A stretch of 64,000 bases of DNA from Octopus vulgaris (Eukaryota). The position numbers were made by a program, and so were the translations under genes. Below are positions 1-14,667 of the stretch, one piece after another (positions within the stretch are counted from its first letter, which is position 1; every line of letters starts with the position of its first letter). The notes under the pieces were generated by a model. The model saw only the letters and a program-made list of their open reading frames with translations, had not been told where the DNA came from and ran no database searches. The stretch covers positions 61,070,001 to 61,134,000 of the forward strand of contig OX597828.1 in assembly GCA_951406725.2 (NCBI GenBank), read 5' to 3'.

Positions 1-489
1 GCTTATATAAAACGTGTTGGGTTTTATCTTCGTTAGGTATCTCAAACAATGAATTAACTTTATTTATAGTCACATATTGGCGATCCGTTTGATTGTGATT
101 GTTCTTTACACTATCTCTCTAACCTAATTATCTCAATAACTTAATAGTGTAAAATGATTTCTTTATTTCAATACGTATCCAAAAGTACGCCTTAAAAAGT
201 AATGCTGTATTATTCTTGGGTTCTTTCAGCCAAATCATGTGTTAAAAGCATACAGGTCAGTTTCTATTCTAAAGTTAATTTGTTCCTTTCTTCAAATACG
301 TCTTGGGGTTCTTGAAAGTGGCATAATAATACGCTTCTACATCTGATGAGTAATCGATTCGAATAAAATATGAAAAGCACAAAATTTATTCAACTCTTTG
401 GTACCTATTGTATTCTACTACTACTGATTATATAACCTCACGTATATTAAAAAGAAGTAAAAAAACAGGGTCATTTTAATGTATCACAC

Positions 490-546
<57 letters not shown>

Positions 547-1001
547 TGTGTGTGTCGTCGGTAAAACTGGGTCAAAGTAAAATAATTTAGATTTGCTTTC
601 GTACACTCACAGACGCACATAGACATATATGCACACATAACAGAGTATCGACATACACTATCATACACACATATACAGTAATACAAGTTTTCTTCGTCAT
701 ACGGCCAAGGTGTTTTGCAAATGAAAACAAAGCACCCAAGTCTAACGATAGTATTGTAGATTTTATTTAAATAGTTACTAATAATTTACCAGCTGTTTCA
801 TTTAGAGAAAACACAGCCGTATTCAAATCCAGCAGAAAGTATAAATATCTATCGAAATACGCACACGCATCCTTGCATACGGTGAATGTATTTATCATGT
901 CTCCTATTTACTAATTGTCACCCATTTCAGTTTCCTCATTTAGAATTCTGCCTATGTATATAATATATATATGGTTAGCTGCCTCGCTGTACAATTTCTC
1001 C

Positions 1002-1039
<38 letters not shown>

Positions 1040-1210
1040 GTCGGTAAAACATAAATCTCAAAAAGAAGCAAACTAAGTTATAGAGCAGTATATTATATAG
1101 GCAAAATTAGATAAGGCCAGTTTATGGAATAATCCTGGGTTTCACATCCATAAAGCGCCGTCAGATCCCAAACAGATCCTGATCCGCTGTAAAGCGGCCT
1201 TATCTAACTT

Positions 1211-1318
<108 letters not shown>

Positions 1319-2078
1319 GTGTTCCATGTTGTGTATGTACTTTCTATTCTAACCTTGGGTTGATAAATGCTTTTGATTGCAAAGTAGAAGTGTGTGTGTA
1401 TATGTGTACATATATAGTTCTGTCTCTCTATATGCATATATGTATGTAAGTAGGTGTGTGTGCGTGTGTGTGCGCGTGTGCACGTGCTCATAGAAATGTG
1501 GAACGGTGTTGCGAACAGTATCTTTTTGCGCCAAGAAGCCGCATTGCCTCGCTGAAGTAGGTGTTGGGGGTTGAAATAATAATAATAATAATAATAATGA
1601 TAATAATAATAATGATTGATGTCTATATTCCCCCTTGGTTACGGTGAATGACTAATTAGAGTACAAACAAACAAATAACACAAAGGGCCATCATATTGAG
1701 CTTATGAACAAAAGAGTGAACGTAAAGGACTGGACTCATGCGCCTTTTGTTAACGATGTATTTTATCCTGTTTTTATATCATCACTGCAGCCCCCACTTC
1801 CACAGTGTCTGTAGTAAATAGGACGCATTAAATGACGATAGGTTAACGAGGTTGTAGGTAAATGTGAATGTAGAAGAAACAAGCTTGACATTTTTTTCGA
1901 TGGCAGGGTGGATAAAACAGACGGAATGGAAAGGGAAAGTAAGGCTTGCACTAAGGCTGTATCGAGACACAGCTGGCCATATTTGTCAAACTATCGATCG
2001 GACGAATGGCGTATTGTATCAAATATAAGCTCGACTAATATTAAATATCTAGCAGTTATAAATTTAACACACACACGC

Positions 2079-2142
<64 letters not shown>

Positions 2143-3109
2143 CGTACTTTGTGTGACTCCAAAACGCCTTCTCAACAGCTCCTACCGACCTGTTTCTTTA
2201 TTATAGCCACAATGGTCCCTACCGACTTCCGTCTCAACCAATACGCTACTCTTTATAATAGTTCGGCTAGTCCATTTTTCCAGTTCCCCAGGGGTGTCAA
2301 TGACTCTCGCCACATCTCCCCCTTTGAGATTGACTTCCGTTGGAAGTTAATAATATTTTTATTTAATTATTTTACTTTCATTACATCTCCCTTTTTGAAA
2401 TTTTTCTCCTAGGGAAGTTTAATATCTGTTCCATTAAGGCACTGCTTCCAACCATTCTGTTTGTTTCCTCTTTCTTGTGCTGCTATGCCTTGGTTCGATT
2501 TCTTGTGGCGTCGGAATATCAAAGGTGTCATAGAGCACTTCCATGGGTATCTCTTTTCTTTTTTCCGTATATCTACTTTTTAGCTGGTTTAAATATCTTT
2601 TGTGTTCTCAATTTTCGCCTTTTATCATGTCATTTTGCCTATTCTTTTTTCTTACTACTCCGTCTTCCCAACTTTGTTCACCATTTTTATATAATTTGAA
2701 AAACATCTTGTCACCGATATTAAAATGCTTTGTCGTATTTCTAGTGTTTTCCCTATTTTTCTTCTTACTGGTAGCAGCTAGTCAAATATTGACTTTATTT
2801 TTCGAGCAAACATTAGTTCCGCAGGCGACTTGCCTGAAACAGTGTTTGGGTTTGGTGTTATCCTATAAAACCTCAAAAATTGTGTCAATGCTGCGTCATC
2901 AACTAGTTTGTTTCTTGATTTCTTTAATGCGCTTTTAAATGTATCCCTGAACCTTTCCGCTTGCCCATTTGATGTTGGGTGATACGGAGGAGTAGGAAGG
3001 AGTAAGCGACTTCATTTTAGAAATTCCTGGGTGTCCAGTGTAGAATTCTCTTGAGGTCTCTGGGTGAGACTTGGAGTTAACTTGTACAAATGTAAAGCAA
3101 AAGTCAAAC

Positions 3110-3164
<55 letters not shown>

Positions 3165-3168
<4 letters not shown>

Positions 3169-3440
3169 TGGAACCTTGTTATCACATCTCTAGTTGAATT
3201 CCATAATGGGAATTTAACATTAATTTTGATACGTGGTATTATTCTATCTATTATGCATTTGCTCATTTTACCCAAGTCGGATTTTGTTGGACATATAAGT
3301 CTAATAGATGGTTTCGAGTGGAAGTTGGGTTTATGACCCTTCAAGGTAAAGTAGGGAGTTCTTGATACACAAGGTTCAGTCCTGTCTAGTAGGTGCAAAT
3401 TTGAGATGAGTTTGTAATGTATTTTATTAATATCCTCGCA
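3165..3440 (-). mobile_element. Penelope-like element RT N-terminal fragment
   Basis: Translation PYFTLKGHKPNFHSKPSIRLICPTKSDLGKMSKCIIDRI resembles the PLE 'TLKDHKPNF...RLINP' segment. Confidence 0.65.
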
Positions 3441-3777
3441 TGCGGTATCCTTTGCGTTTACAGTTGGTATTTAATTCCTTCGATTCATTCGTGTAATCAC
3501 AGATACTACTCTACTTTCATGAGACTCTGTAAGTCTGAATGTACTCAATAATAGCCTCAGTAATTTCTGTCGCACAACTTAACACCCTATTGCATATAAT
3601 AGTATATCGCCGAATATAAATGTCAATAAATTCAGTAAGTAATATAATTTTTACTCCCATCAGCCCCCATAAAGATTTATTTTATTCGCATAGTTATATC
3701 TATTCTTCTATAAAAGCTTGCAATTATCCCATACCTTGGCAATGCACGGAATGCATTTCTACTCTCAATATCATTTT

Positions 3778-3865
3778 TTCCCTGATGAAGGAGACATTCT
3801 CTGAAAATGAATTTTAAGATTAATTTTTTACCCGGGCGAATGAACCGCAGAAACGACCGTTGGAA
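3778..3865 (+). ncRNA. Candidate type I hammerhead motif, stem II degenerate
   Basis: UUCC-CUGAUGA-...CAUUC...GAAUG...-GAAAC-GACC-GUU-GGAA. Stems I and III pair; the base of stem II is imperfect. Confidence 0.5.
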
Positions 3866-4374
3866 TATTTTCCTTTAATACGTAACCCGAAAACTTATTT
3901 TGATTCCTGTTATTATCTCTTCACTATATTTTCAATTCTTTTTTAGAAACGTTTTTATCTATATTCCTATACTTCAGTATATTATTACTATGTTTATACA
4001 TTCATATTCATATAAATATATGTTCTATTTGGGTAATTTTTATCTTAATTAAATTCGTACGAAAAATATCTTTGGGAGAAGTTGAGAGGGTTTATATCCT
4101 GAAGTTTAGAATAAAAAGTCGCACACACACATACACATACACAACATGTATCTAATTTTTCTCGACTTCTTGCGACAGAAGTTTCAAACTAGTCTGGACG
4201 CCGAGGCTTAACTGTAAATGTCTCAGCGAAAGCGAGACTTATGGTAACCATGTGTGTGAGACATCATAAAGTATAGAGCACGAGCTGAAAGCAAAATCGT
4301 AATTCGATTGCACAATTAACCTTTTATATTTTTACTCACTAATTTATCGTTGTTATCAAATATGAATAAACTAA

Positions 4375-4557
4375 GTACTGGATTCAAATTTTGGCACAAA
4401 GTCAGCAATTTCGGAGGTGGGTATTTATTTTATCGACCCCGAAAGGATGAAAGGTAAAGTCAACCTCGGCGGAATTTGAACCCAGAACGAAAAGACGGAC
4501 GAAATACCACTAAGCGTTTTGCCTGGCTTGCTAACGATTCTACCAGGTCACTGCCTA
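4375..4557 (-). mobile_element. SINE family B
   Basis: Reverse complement of the family B body. Confidence 0.82.
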
Positions 4558-4802
4558 AGAAGAAACTGAGTATTACGCTCGTTATGTCCAAATATGAAAG
4601 TGTTTTTGTCTTTTCCAATTGAACTTTGTTACAGTTATTCCCGTTTCGAGATAATCTTTACTTGTTTGTTCTAGTCAAATCAATTTCTCTTATGATAAAT
4701 AGTCTGACCAAAGTTATACGACCACCTGTTTATAAAGCTATTGCTTTCAAAATACAAAAATAATCCAGCATCTCTCATAGTATGGTAAAGCAGTAGAGTA
4801 AA

Positions 4803-5100
4803 GGTGGGTGGCTTAGTGGTTAGAGTATTCGGCTCACGATCGCAAGGTTGTGAGTTCAATTCCCAGTAACGCGTTGTGTCCTTCAGGAAGACACTTTATT
4901 TCACGTTGCTCCAGTCCACTTAACTGGCAAAACATGAGTAGTACCTGTATTTCAAAGGGCCAGCCTTGTCACACTCTGTGTCACGCTGAATCTCCCCGAG
5001 AACTACGTTAAGGGTACACGTGTCTGTGGAGTGCTCAGCCACATGCACGTTAATTTCATGAGCAGGCTGTCCCGTTGGTCGGATCAACCGATGGAGTGCC
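4803..5100 (+). mobile_element. SINE family C (tRNA-derived head)
   Basis: A-box TGGCTTAGTGG and B-box GTTCAATTCC. A related head occurs at 42083-42360. Confidence 0.78.
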
Positions 5101-5134
5101 AGCAAAAACAGTAGATTAATGAATGTTTTTATAA

Positions 5135-5345
5135 CTATTCTTTTATTCTTTTACTTGTTTCAGTCATTTGACTGCGGCCATGCTGGAGCTCCGCCTTTAG
5201 TCGAACAAATCGATCCCAGAACCATTTCATTGTAAGCATAGTACTTATTCGATCGGTGTCTTTTTTCGAACCGCTAATTTATGGCACGTAAACACACCAA
5301 CATCGGTTGTCAAGCGATGGTGGGGAACAAACACAGACACACAAA
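5135..5345 (-). mobile_element. SINE family A, 3' half
   Basis: Matches the tail of the 26810-27252 copy. Confidence 0.88.
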
Positions 5346-5371
5346 TACATCCATACACATACATACATACA

Positions 5372-5486
<115 letters not shown>

Positions 5487-5588
5487 TCGGGGTGAGTACT
5501 TGATAATTATAAGCACCTGTGTATACCGTTTGGTGGTGTAGGTGGTGGAGTAAATTGATCAAAATAAAAACATGATGCCAAGGATTCA

Positions 5589-5666
5589 GCGGTACATATG
5601 TTTCGGGCCTTTATTAGACAGATTTATAACAATGCATAATGTATGTCTGTGGCCTTCTTCAGCCGC
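5589..5666 (-). ncRNA. Type I hammerhead ribozyme motif (inverted identical copy)
   Basis: Exact reverse complement of 5727-5804 within a 132-bp-arm palindrome. Confidence 0.75.
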
Positions 5667-5726
5667 GCACAACAGCTTCCACAAGAATTTTTGATGTAAC
5701 ACATGTCCTTGTGGAAGCTGTTGTGC

Positions 5727-5804
5727 GCGGCTGAAGAAGGCCACAGACATACATTATGCATTGTTATAAATCTGTCTAATAAAGGCCCGAAACATATGTA
5801 CCGC
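5727..5804 (+). ncRNA. Type I hammerhead ribozyme motif
   Basis: Stem I GCGG/CCGC; core CUGAAGA; stem II GGCC/GGCC with an extended loop; GAAAC-AUAU-GUA cleavage site. Confidence 0.75.
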
Positions 5805-5835
5805 TGAATCCTTGGCATCATGTTTTTATTTTGAT

Positions 5836-5943
<108 letters not shown>

Positions 5944-5986
5944 ATGAAAGAATGGAGTCGAACGACGATTTAACAAAATTCCTTTA

Positions 5987-6069
5987 TTCTCGACACATGT
6001 TTCGAAGACTGCATATTCTTAATTCCGAAGGAATAAAGGGTGCATTATGCCGTCTTCTCATCAGGAAAA
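5987..6069 (-). ncRNA. Type I hammerhead ribozyme motif
   Basis: Minus strand: UUUUC-CUGAUGA-GAAGAC...GUCUUC-GAAAC-AUGU-GUC-GAGAA, all core bases canonical. Confidence 0.85.
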
Positions 6070-6533
6070 ACAAAGAACTTATGTCAGCATCATGACGAAC
6101 AAAAACTTTTAGATGACTGCCCACGCGGAGTCCATAGTATTAATGAGTGTTTCTTAAAAATATTCCGTTACAAGCAGTGACGTCAAAATTGGTTGGATGG
6201 ATAAGATTCTAAAAAGTTCAAGAGTTCAAGAATGGTTGGAAGCGGCAAGTACTAAGAATAGCGGGGTGACAGAGTGCAAGTCGTATGTATGGTGATGCGT
6301 TGTTGTTTGCTTTTGCCAATGAGATTGAGTGCCTATGTGTGTGTATGTATATAACTGCATTCGTGTCTATGTGTGTGTGATTGTTTGTGTGGGGGGATCA
6401 ATGCAAAATACAACTAGTGGTGGAGTGACAGGTTTGTGTCTGTGTGTTGGTTGTGCTTATAATAGAGAGAGGGAGAGAGAGAGAGGGAGAGACAGAGAGA
6501 GGGGATAGATAGAGAGACAGAGAGATAGAGAGG

Positions 6534-6596
<63 letters not shown>

Positions 6597-6624
6597 CATA
6601 CATACATATATACATATATATATA

Positions 6625-7780
6625 TTAGGTTGTTTCACATGAAATGTCGTATTTGAAAGGTAACAATAAAATGTTTCAGAAGTGTTAAAGAACTGATTTA
6701 TTTAATCAAAGTATGATCCATATTCCATTTATGACATTTATCCAACGTTTCTCTAAGTCATATATTCCATTTTTTTTAAAAATCCATCTTTTGCTGTGAT
6801 AAACTGTCCGAATGCTTCAATTACCTCTTCTCAATTTAAGAATGTTTTATTGCTTATGAAAAGCTCAACATGCTTAAACAAGTGAAGATCAGTAGGAGAG
6901 ATATCATGGGAATAGGGAGGATGTTGTAAAATCTCATAATTCAGGTTTTGCAACTTTTGGATCGTAGCTTGAGAAGTGTGGGGACGTGCATTGTCATGGA
7001 GCAAAATTGGGCCATCTTTGTTCACTAGTCTGGGTTTCTTCTTTTTCAAATTCTAATGCTTACAATCAATTTCCTGGCAATACGATGTTGCTGTTACCGT
7101 CTTACCTTGTTGCAAAAATAAATAATGAATAACTCTCTTCGCAGACTACCATACAGTGACCACTGACTTTTTAGGGTGCAATGGTGGGTTTGGCTAGGGT
7201 ATAGGTGACTCTCCTGCATCTAATCACTGTCCTGTTCTCCTGTTGTTGTCAAAGAGTATCCATTTCTCATCACAAGTAATGATTTGATGCAAAAATCGTC
7301 TTTTCCCAGTCGAGGAAGCAATAAGGAGCACACTTCGAGGCGTCAGTTTTTTTTAATCTTGTTCAGTGGAACAAACCTATCTGTTTTTTTTTTTACTGTT
7401 CCAATTTTTTACAGGTGTCCAAAAACAGCTGTGCAAGATGCTTGGAGTTCTGAGGAAAGTTTATTTTGGTTTATTTTCAAGGCTATCATTTCCAGAACGA
7501 GAACTTTGGAACCATCACTGAACAGTTCTGATGCCAACAAAACGATTGATATTCCGTAGAGCTTCTTCCGCAGAGTGACCCAGTTTGTAGTCATTTGAGA
7601 AAATCACTCAACATAGTTTGGTTGTTGTCATTTTCATAAGGTCTGTGGGTACGAATTTTGTATACCATATTGCAGGGAAAGAAAAAGAACAAGATAAATG
7701 AAAGGTATACATAATTGAGTTTTTAAATGACTGAAATAACAAGTAATTAAAAATGCGACATTCCATATGAAACAACCTAA
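6625..7780 (-). mobile_element. Mariner (Tc1/mariner) DNA transposon, decayed
   Basis: TIRs TTAGGTTGTTTCACATGAAATGTCGTATTT and (right end, reverse-complemented) TTAGGTTGTTTCATATGGAATGTCGCATTT, with TA on both sides. Transposase remnants ILLHDNARPH and HPPYSHDISPTDLHLF, with frameshifts. Confidence 0.93.
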
Positions 7781-7789
7781 TATACGTCG

Positions 7790-7826
<37 letters not shown>

Positions 7827-7882
7827 ATATATATGTATGTACATATATATATATATATATATATGTACATACATATATATGT

Positions 7883-7915
<33 letters not shown>

Positions 7916-7924
7916 CATACACAT

Positions 7925-8092
7925 ATACGACGGGCTCCTTTCAGTTTCCGTCTACCAAATCCACTCACAAGGCTTCGGTCGGCCCTAGGCTATAATTGAA
8001 GAAACTTGCCTAAGGTGCCACGCAGTGGGACTGGACCCAGAACCATGTGGTTGGGAAGCAAGCTTCTTACCACAAAGTCACTCCTGCGCCTA
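7925..8092 (-). mobile_element. SINE family A, 5' half
   Basis: Matches the head of the 26810-27252 copy. Confidence 0.88.
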
Positions 8093-9958
8093 AATATATT
8101 ACATATGACAACACCATCTGCTCTGAATTCAAACTTCACTGAAATCAGCTTTGTGTTTCTTCATTTCGGGACTCTCTTTCTCTCCCCCTCTCTCTCTTTC
8201 TCTCCCTTTCTCCCTCGGGGAGAAATCATCTGTGTTTACATACGAAAAGGGATGGTCATCGCCAGATTTTAAAGGTCCAACTGACCCACTATCATGACAA
8301 TGCTTCTATCATTCTCTCAGAATTTGAACGATCACTTTTACGTCAGCAGGTAACACTCAAGATGGGTTTTATCAGAGAAACCACAACTAGATCATAGATT
8401 TGTATATATTTCCATATTTCTTTTCTCTCCCTTTCTCTGTCTATCTCTACATATATACGTGTGTTTGTCTTTTAGTTAGTTAGTTTGTGTGTGTGTGTGT
8501 ATAACAATAAGGCTCAAAAATTCTAGCGCATTTCAACCCATCTAAGTAAAGTTTAACGTACTGGAAGTATTGAACGAATAATTACAAATAATTATATATT
8601 ATTAGGGTTTATGATATAAATATAAAGCGAATAAATGATATAAAGAAAATATGATTTACAGCAATAATGCCAATAATTATCAAGTATATGTATCAAGTCA
8701 GACACATCATACTAGTTAAATGCGGCACTGTAACTCTTATGAACTCATACACTTACTGTTTTACTAATAATCATTACACTTGATCGATTACCTTCGTTGA
8801 AATCACATTCAGTATACAACTGAACATCAGTTCCAAATGAATTTCTATAATTAATTAGGTTATTCAGTGCAGTTTCAGGCTATAAATATTAAAATGAAAA
8901 TGAGAAGACTTCGCTGAATGGAAACTGAATTAGTAAGCATACAAAAGCATAGAAAATCGCGAAATTACAAGCGTCGCTTACTGTCGAAGATGTCTTGGTA
9001 TCAACATGTTCTGTTTTCTCTAATGCTTTTAGATTCCCACCTTGTTGCGAGCAGATAGAAATATTAACTAGGTCCATCCACCCTTGATACAGCGGGACAT
9101 CCAAGAAGTAAGGGCTGCACTAGTACTGGACCGGCATGTTATTTATTCGACCCTGAATGAACGAAATGCAAATTTGTCTTCGGTGAGATTTGAAATCAGA
9201 GAGCAAATGCCCGGAATAAATACTGCAATCTGCTTGAACCCTACTGTCTTCAAAGACAAGAAAAAAAAGAAGAGAGAGAGAAAGAAGGAGAGAGAAAGAG
9301 AGAGAAAGAGGGAGAGAGAAAGAGAGAGAAAGAGGGAGAAAGAAAGAGGGAGAGAGAAAGAGAGAGAGAAAGAGGGAGAGAGAAAGAAGGCGAGAAAGAG
9401 AGAGAGTGTAATTGGAGAATACAGTTAATAATGTATAAAGTGACGGGTTGAGCAAGTCTATCTATTTTTTATCCTAGGTTTTGTCGATCAGGGCTGACAT
9501 GGTACTAAACAATAACATTTTTTCTTGCACTCCTAAATCAACGAATAAACAAATATATTACAGCACACTGAACACCACACTCACATCTACAGAACCAGTA
9601 TGGTTCGACAAATGCGAAAGGGAAAGCATACACTCTTTTTCTCTGTCTTTCTTCCTCTCTTTCTCTCTCTCTTTCTTTCCTTCCTTCTTTCTTTCTTTCT
9701 TCCTTTTTCTTTCTCTCATATTCATACACACACACACAGCTCCTAAATAGTTTTCTCGTTCATTCATTTAATATATTGACGAAAACATACAAGGTGGCCA
9801 ATCAGAGTTGATCTAGAACTAAACTACAAGGCACATATGTGTTTGCGCCCATGCGCATACGTGCAGGCAAATACGCTCACGCACACGCACGCACGCACTC
9901 ACATACACGCACACACACACTCGTACATATATACATATACGTGTGTAATGTGTGTGTG

Positions 9959-9994
<36 letters not shown>

Positions 9995-10099
9995 GTGTGT
10001 GTGTGTGTGTGTGAATATCCATGTATAGACTGTTTGAAATGGTGTACAAGTTTTATATATTAAGAAAAAGAAAGTCGTCAGAATTTGGATAAAAATTAT

Positions 10100-10690
10100 T
10101 TATTTAACGCTCTCATCCCGTTCAGGGTTTCATCATGAACATACTATTTATATATGCGTAAGTTAGCTGAAAAAATTTGGAAATGAATATTGTTTTCTTA
10201 TGTTTTGGAAAGAGGACATTTTGGGAGTGATTATCTGAGATATTCTTTGCTATTTTGTGTGTGTCTATATGTGTACGAGGTAGTATCAAAATGACACGTT
10301 GGAAGCATATGCCAATTAGTGAAGGTGGATAGTCCCTGGTGATGAGTGTATCCTTTAGTTTATGTTGTCGTGTGTCTCTGGTGCTTGCATTAGAAACTAT
10401 AGTACATATCCTTTTTGTTAGGTTGAAGGGGATATTCATTCTCGTGTGTCTGGGGTGGCATGAGTTGAACGGTAAATATTGCTTGGAATCCGTGGGCTTA
10501 TAGTATACATCTGTTTCTATTACGTTGTTAGATTTCTTAATGAGGATGTCGAGGAAGCGAAGTTGTTGATAACAATATTCCATCGTGAATTTAATGTTTA
10601 CGTCAAGTCCATTTATAAGTGCTTGGAATTCTTTAGGTCTCTCTATACTTTCATGTCAAAGAATGAAACAGTCATCCAGGTAACTCTTTC
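10100..10690 (-). mobile_element. Penelope-like element RT/thumb fragment (inverted relative to the adjacent piece)
   Basis: YLDDCFIL at about 10660-10685, and FLDILIKK...TDVYYKPTDSKQYLPFNSCHPRHTRMNIPFNL in ORF 10122-10583. Confidence 0.88.
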
Positions 10691-11400
10691 AGGAACTACG
10701 CACCTTCACTAATTGATATATGCTTTCAACGTGCCCTACAACTCAACATCCACGAACTCAGACATCCCAAATTAAAGAAGGATTTACAACCAAAAGTCCT
10801 ACCATACCACACACAACCCTCTTAACAATGAAGTCTTCGACACCATCCTTCAAAACATTCCTCTGCTAAAAAGGACCACAGAATGAACTTAACCCTCCAA
10901 ACACACACCTTCATAAAAAGCAAGAGATAGCCCAAATCTATGAAAAGTCTCCTAACACAAGCCCGAATACGCTCAACAACACTGAAGCCGTCAGTAAAAA
11001 AATGCGGGAGACCTAACTGTGGGATATGTGTCAATTTAATTGAGGGATCAGAGTTCTCCTTCAAAGAGGGACAACGTTTCACAGTGAAAAGCAGCTTCAC
11101 ATGTGCTTCGGAGAACCTGAGCAATACAAGTGCAATACATAGGCCAAACAAAAAACAGTCTACGTCAAAGGATGGCTCTGCACAGATCCCAGATCAAAAT
11201 TCCCAAATACAGGAAAAAAGCATTCAGCCAACACATCGACATTTGCGCCAATAACAAAAATCCAAGCTTCAAAAATTTTCCCCTTTCAATTCAGGGACGA
11301 TGTAACCTGTAGCCAACAAATTAGTAAAGAGACTCTCTTTATTACAAAGTGCAGACCCCTTTTGAACGCATCTACAAGAAACGACATATCCACCTAGCAA
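10690..11400 (+). mobile_element. Penelope-like element C-terminal GIY-YIG endonuclease fragment
   Basis: KCGRPNCGIC...FTCASENL...QYIGQTKNSLRQRMALHRSQI, with stops and frameshifts. Confidence 0.88.
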
Positions 11401-12475
11401 ATATTAAAAATGATTCATTCAAGAGATACCCAAGAATTCATTAAAAACCAGTCCCAATCACTGCTATAATCCCTGCTATATATGTATATATATATATACA
11501 CATTTATATATTATCTTAAAATAATTTGTTTTGCGAGTGTGTGTGTATGTATGTTTGTGTGTGTGTGTGTGTGCGTGTGTGTGTGTGTGTGTGTGTGAAC
11601 GAGGGACGTTATTTTATAGGCCAACAATTCTTAGTAGGACATTGATTAGAAGACAATGGTTAGAATTTTATTTAGTCTTCCCTTAACCCATATATGGGAA
11701 TGAACTTAGGGTTGTACATCATACTTGCTAGAAAGATTTTCGCACTCTCAACTGCTAAGTTTCAGCGCGCAAGTTAAAAGTCTAATTAAATTTTACCTGG
11801 TGCAAGTTGCAGCTGAAGACCTCGGCAGTACGACAATGCATCCTTTAAAAAAAGCATCGTTAAAAAAAAAACTATTTTGACGGCGTATATTTTAAAATCT
11901 TTATGTCTTCTATTAATAATAAATTATTCAAAAGCTGTGTGTCCAAGCAGCTTTAGCGCTTTATTCAGTACAAAGCACTTTTTTTGAATAAGCACTGCCA
12001 TTGAACATAGCCAATGTCTGTTAATTTCAGCTACGGCTCTTTGCTTTATTGACTATTGACCGACAACAATTTCTTACTGCTAATGTGGAAAAAAACTATT
12101 ACCTCTAGCAGCCCAGTCCAGTCCAGTCCAGTCCAGTCCAGTTCAGTCCAGTTCAGTCAAACGAGAATATGCAAGAAACTCGGTGTGTGTGTGTGAGTGT
12201 GTGCGGTATACTTAACCGATGAGACATGATAATGTAGGTGATTGTTATTATTATTGCTTTCAAACCACCACAGCTGTCTTACTTCACCTGCCGCCTTGAA
12301 AAGCAATTAAAACTGAACTGCTCGTTCACCACTATCCATTACATCTACAGGCGTCGCATAGGCCAACGAAACAGCTTGAACATTTTCGCTATATTATCAA
12401 CAAGTTACCAAGATGGGACATCGTACGACTAATTGACGCTAATCGATAATACATACATAATACATATATACGTAC

Positions 12476-12506
<31 letters not shown>

Positions 12507-13067
12507 CATATAGGTTACAGTTTATGTGAATATATTTATACACGCATATATACATACGTATAAGCATACACAAAAATACCTATATTTATATATAGAGAGA
12601 TAGATAGTTCTTATATATATATATATATGTATGTATGAGTTGTATATGTATGTATATATATGTATGCATATATTTCAGTCAGATATATTATTCGTAAGCA
12701 TTACATTTTTGAAGTTGAAGATCGACAATCCAACTTCAGCCGGCAAAGAGAACCACAGTCACAGGAAAATGTAGTACAACCTCGGACGCTTACTAAACCT
12801 ATCGCAATTACTCGTGGCGACATGTGAAAATGATTACTTAACAATTCATCTTATTGTTTCCCATTTTTTTGCTGCTGCAACAGACAGTGAGTGTCTTAAT
12901 AGATTGGGAATAAACAAATGTTCCCACAAAACGGAAAAAGAATAACAAAGCATAATCGATAAGGAAAAAGGTGTATGTATCACAGCATTTGAATTCCCCA
13001 ATCCAAGAGTGTATTCTAGTCTCATTTGGTAAAAACTTGTGTTTCGGTAGCTGTGGCGAATGCAGTT

Positions 13068-13134
13068 ATGGAGATTCTGCACAAATCGCAATGGCCTATA
13101 GAGCGCCTTTTACCAAAAGAGGAAATCTTGGAAG
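13068..13134 (+). CDS. Candidate first coding exon (MEILHKSQWPIERLLPKEEILE-G) for a TRIM gene
   Basis: ATG-started 67-nt segment in non-repetitive sequence ending in GAAG|GTAATG, a phase-1 donor compatible with both TRIM acceptors. No homology or expression support. Confidence 0.25.
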
Positions 13135-13748
13135 GTAATGTTTGCTTTATAAGATTTATGATTACTTGGAAATCTAACCGTATCAACTATATCACACATA
13201 CACACAGACACAAACACCACACAGATATTCACTCATGTACAAACATAACAACACACAGTATATTTATACAAAGGCACATATATTGAAAAAAAACAAGACA
13301 AAAAAGAAATCGTAAAACTCCTCTTCTTGGTATGTGTAATTGCAAATACGCCTATAGATAGAATGCTTGTATATATACGTATATGTATGTATGCCTATGT
13401 ATGCGTGTGTACGTGTATGTACATGTATCTATGAATATATACATATATATACACATATATACATACACACGCACACATTCAGACATATTATTTCATACAA
13501 ACATGCATACATACACACTCATACATGCGCGCGTACACGCACATACACACACATACGTACGTACGTACGTATGTATGTATGTATGTATGTATGTATGTAT
13601 GTATGTATGTATGTATGTATGTATGTATGTATGTATGTATGTATGTTTTTTTATCTGTATGTGTGTGTACATGTTAGCGGGTTGGAAAATAACACGAATT
13701 TATACGCTTCGAGCATGAAAAAACATCGAGTATTTTATTTTTATGTAT

Positions 13749-13779
<31 letters not shown>

Positions 13780-14096
13780 AACGTGCATTCACAACATAGA
13801 TATACATTCCATTCACACACATATACGTACGCATACATATACACCGAAACACACAAGTGGTATATGTACACATTCTGTAACGCACTCTCTTCTTCCTTCC
13901 TTCACTCCTCCTCTCCCTCTCTGTCTGTCTGTTCTCTGCCTCTCTCTCTCTCTCGTTCACTCTATCTGATACCCAATTCTTGCTCCAGTCTAACCGCACA
14001 GGCACACAATAATTGCCTTTTTAAAAATCCTTTCAACAGAAAAGTTGATTCTCACACATCAATATGCAGCCTCAACTGAGATCTATCCCCTATCTC

Positions 14097-14144
<48 letters not shown>

Positions 14145-14271
14145 TATCATGAATACACATACATTCACAGGCACACATACTCACTCTCCTATAGATATGT
14201 ACGCACGCACAGTCACACGTACGTACACACACACAGCACACCAAATATAAACAGCAATATGTATAAACATG

Positions 14272-14318
<47 letters not shown>

Positions 14319-14667
14319 GCGCGCGCGTAAGAGCGCACACCTGAAGGACTGCCCCAGAGCTTTATTTTCTGTGTAGCACATTTGAAGTGAAGGCGAGATT
14401 TTAATTCGTTAGATTTATACAAGCATAGTCAGTGTTTAAGAAGATAGCATTGCAAGCGCGCGGTTCTGAGTTCGATCACACTACGCGTCAATTTAGGGAA
14501 TATTCTTCTTATCACAGCATCCGGTTGGCCAATATGTTGATAGAGAAAAACTGTTTGAGATCGATATAGGCATGTCTAAAGGCTAGTTGTCTCCGCTCGA
14601 CTTTGTTACTATGTAACTTTCTGAAAAATGCAATTTTTTAAAAATAAGATAACTTTTGTTTAGTCAT

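Noticed and set aside
343-385. CTGATGA...GAAA near 343 (likewise 31948, 27279, 48951)
   Set aside because: The flanking stems do not pair, so these are probably chance core matches. The 10102-10142 (-) match is too degenerate to call.
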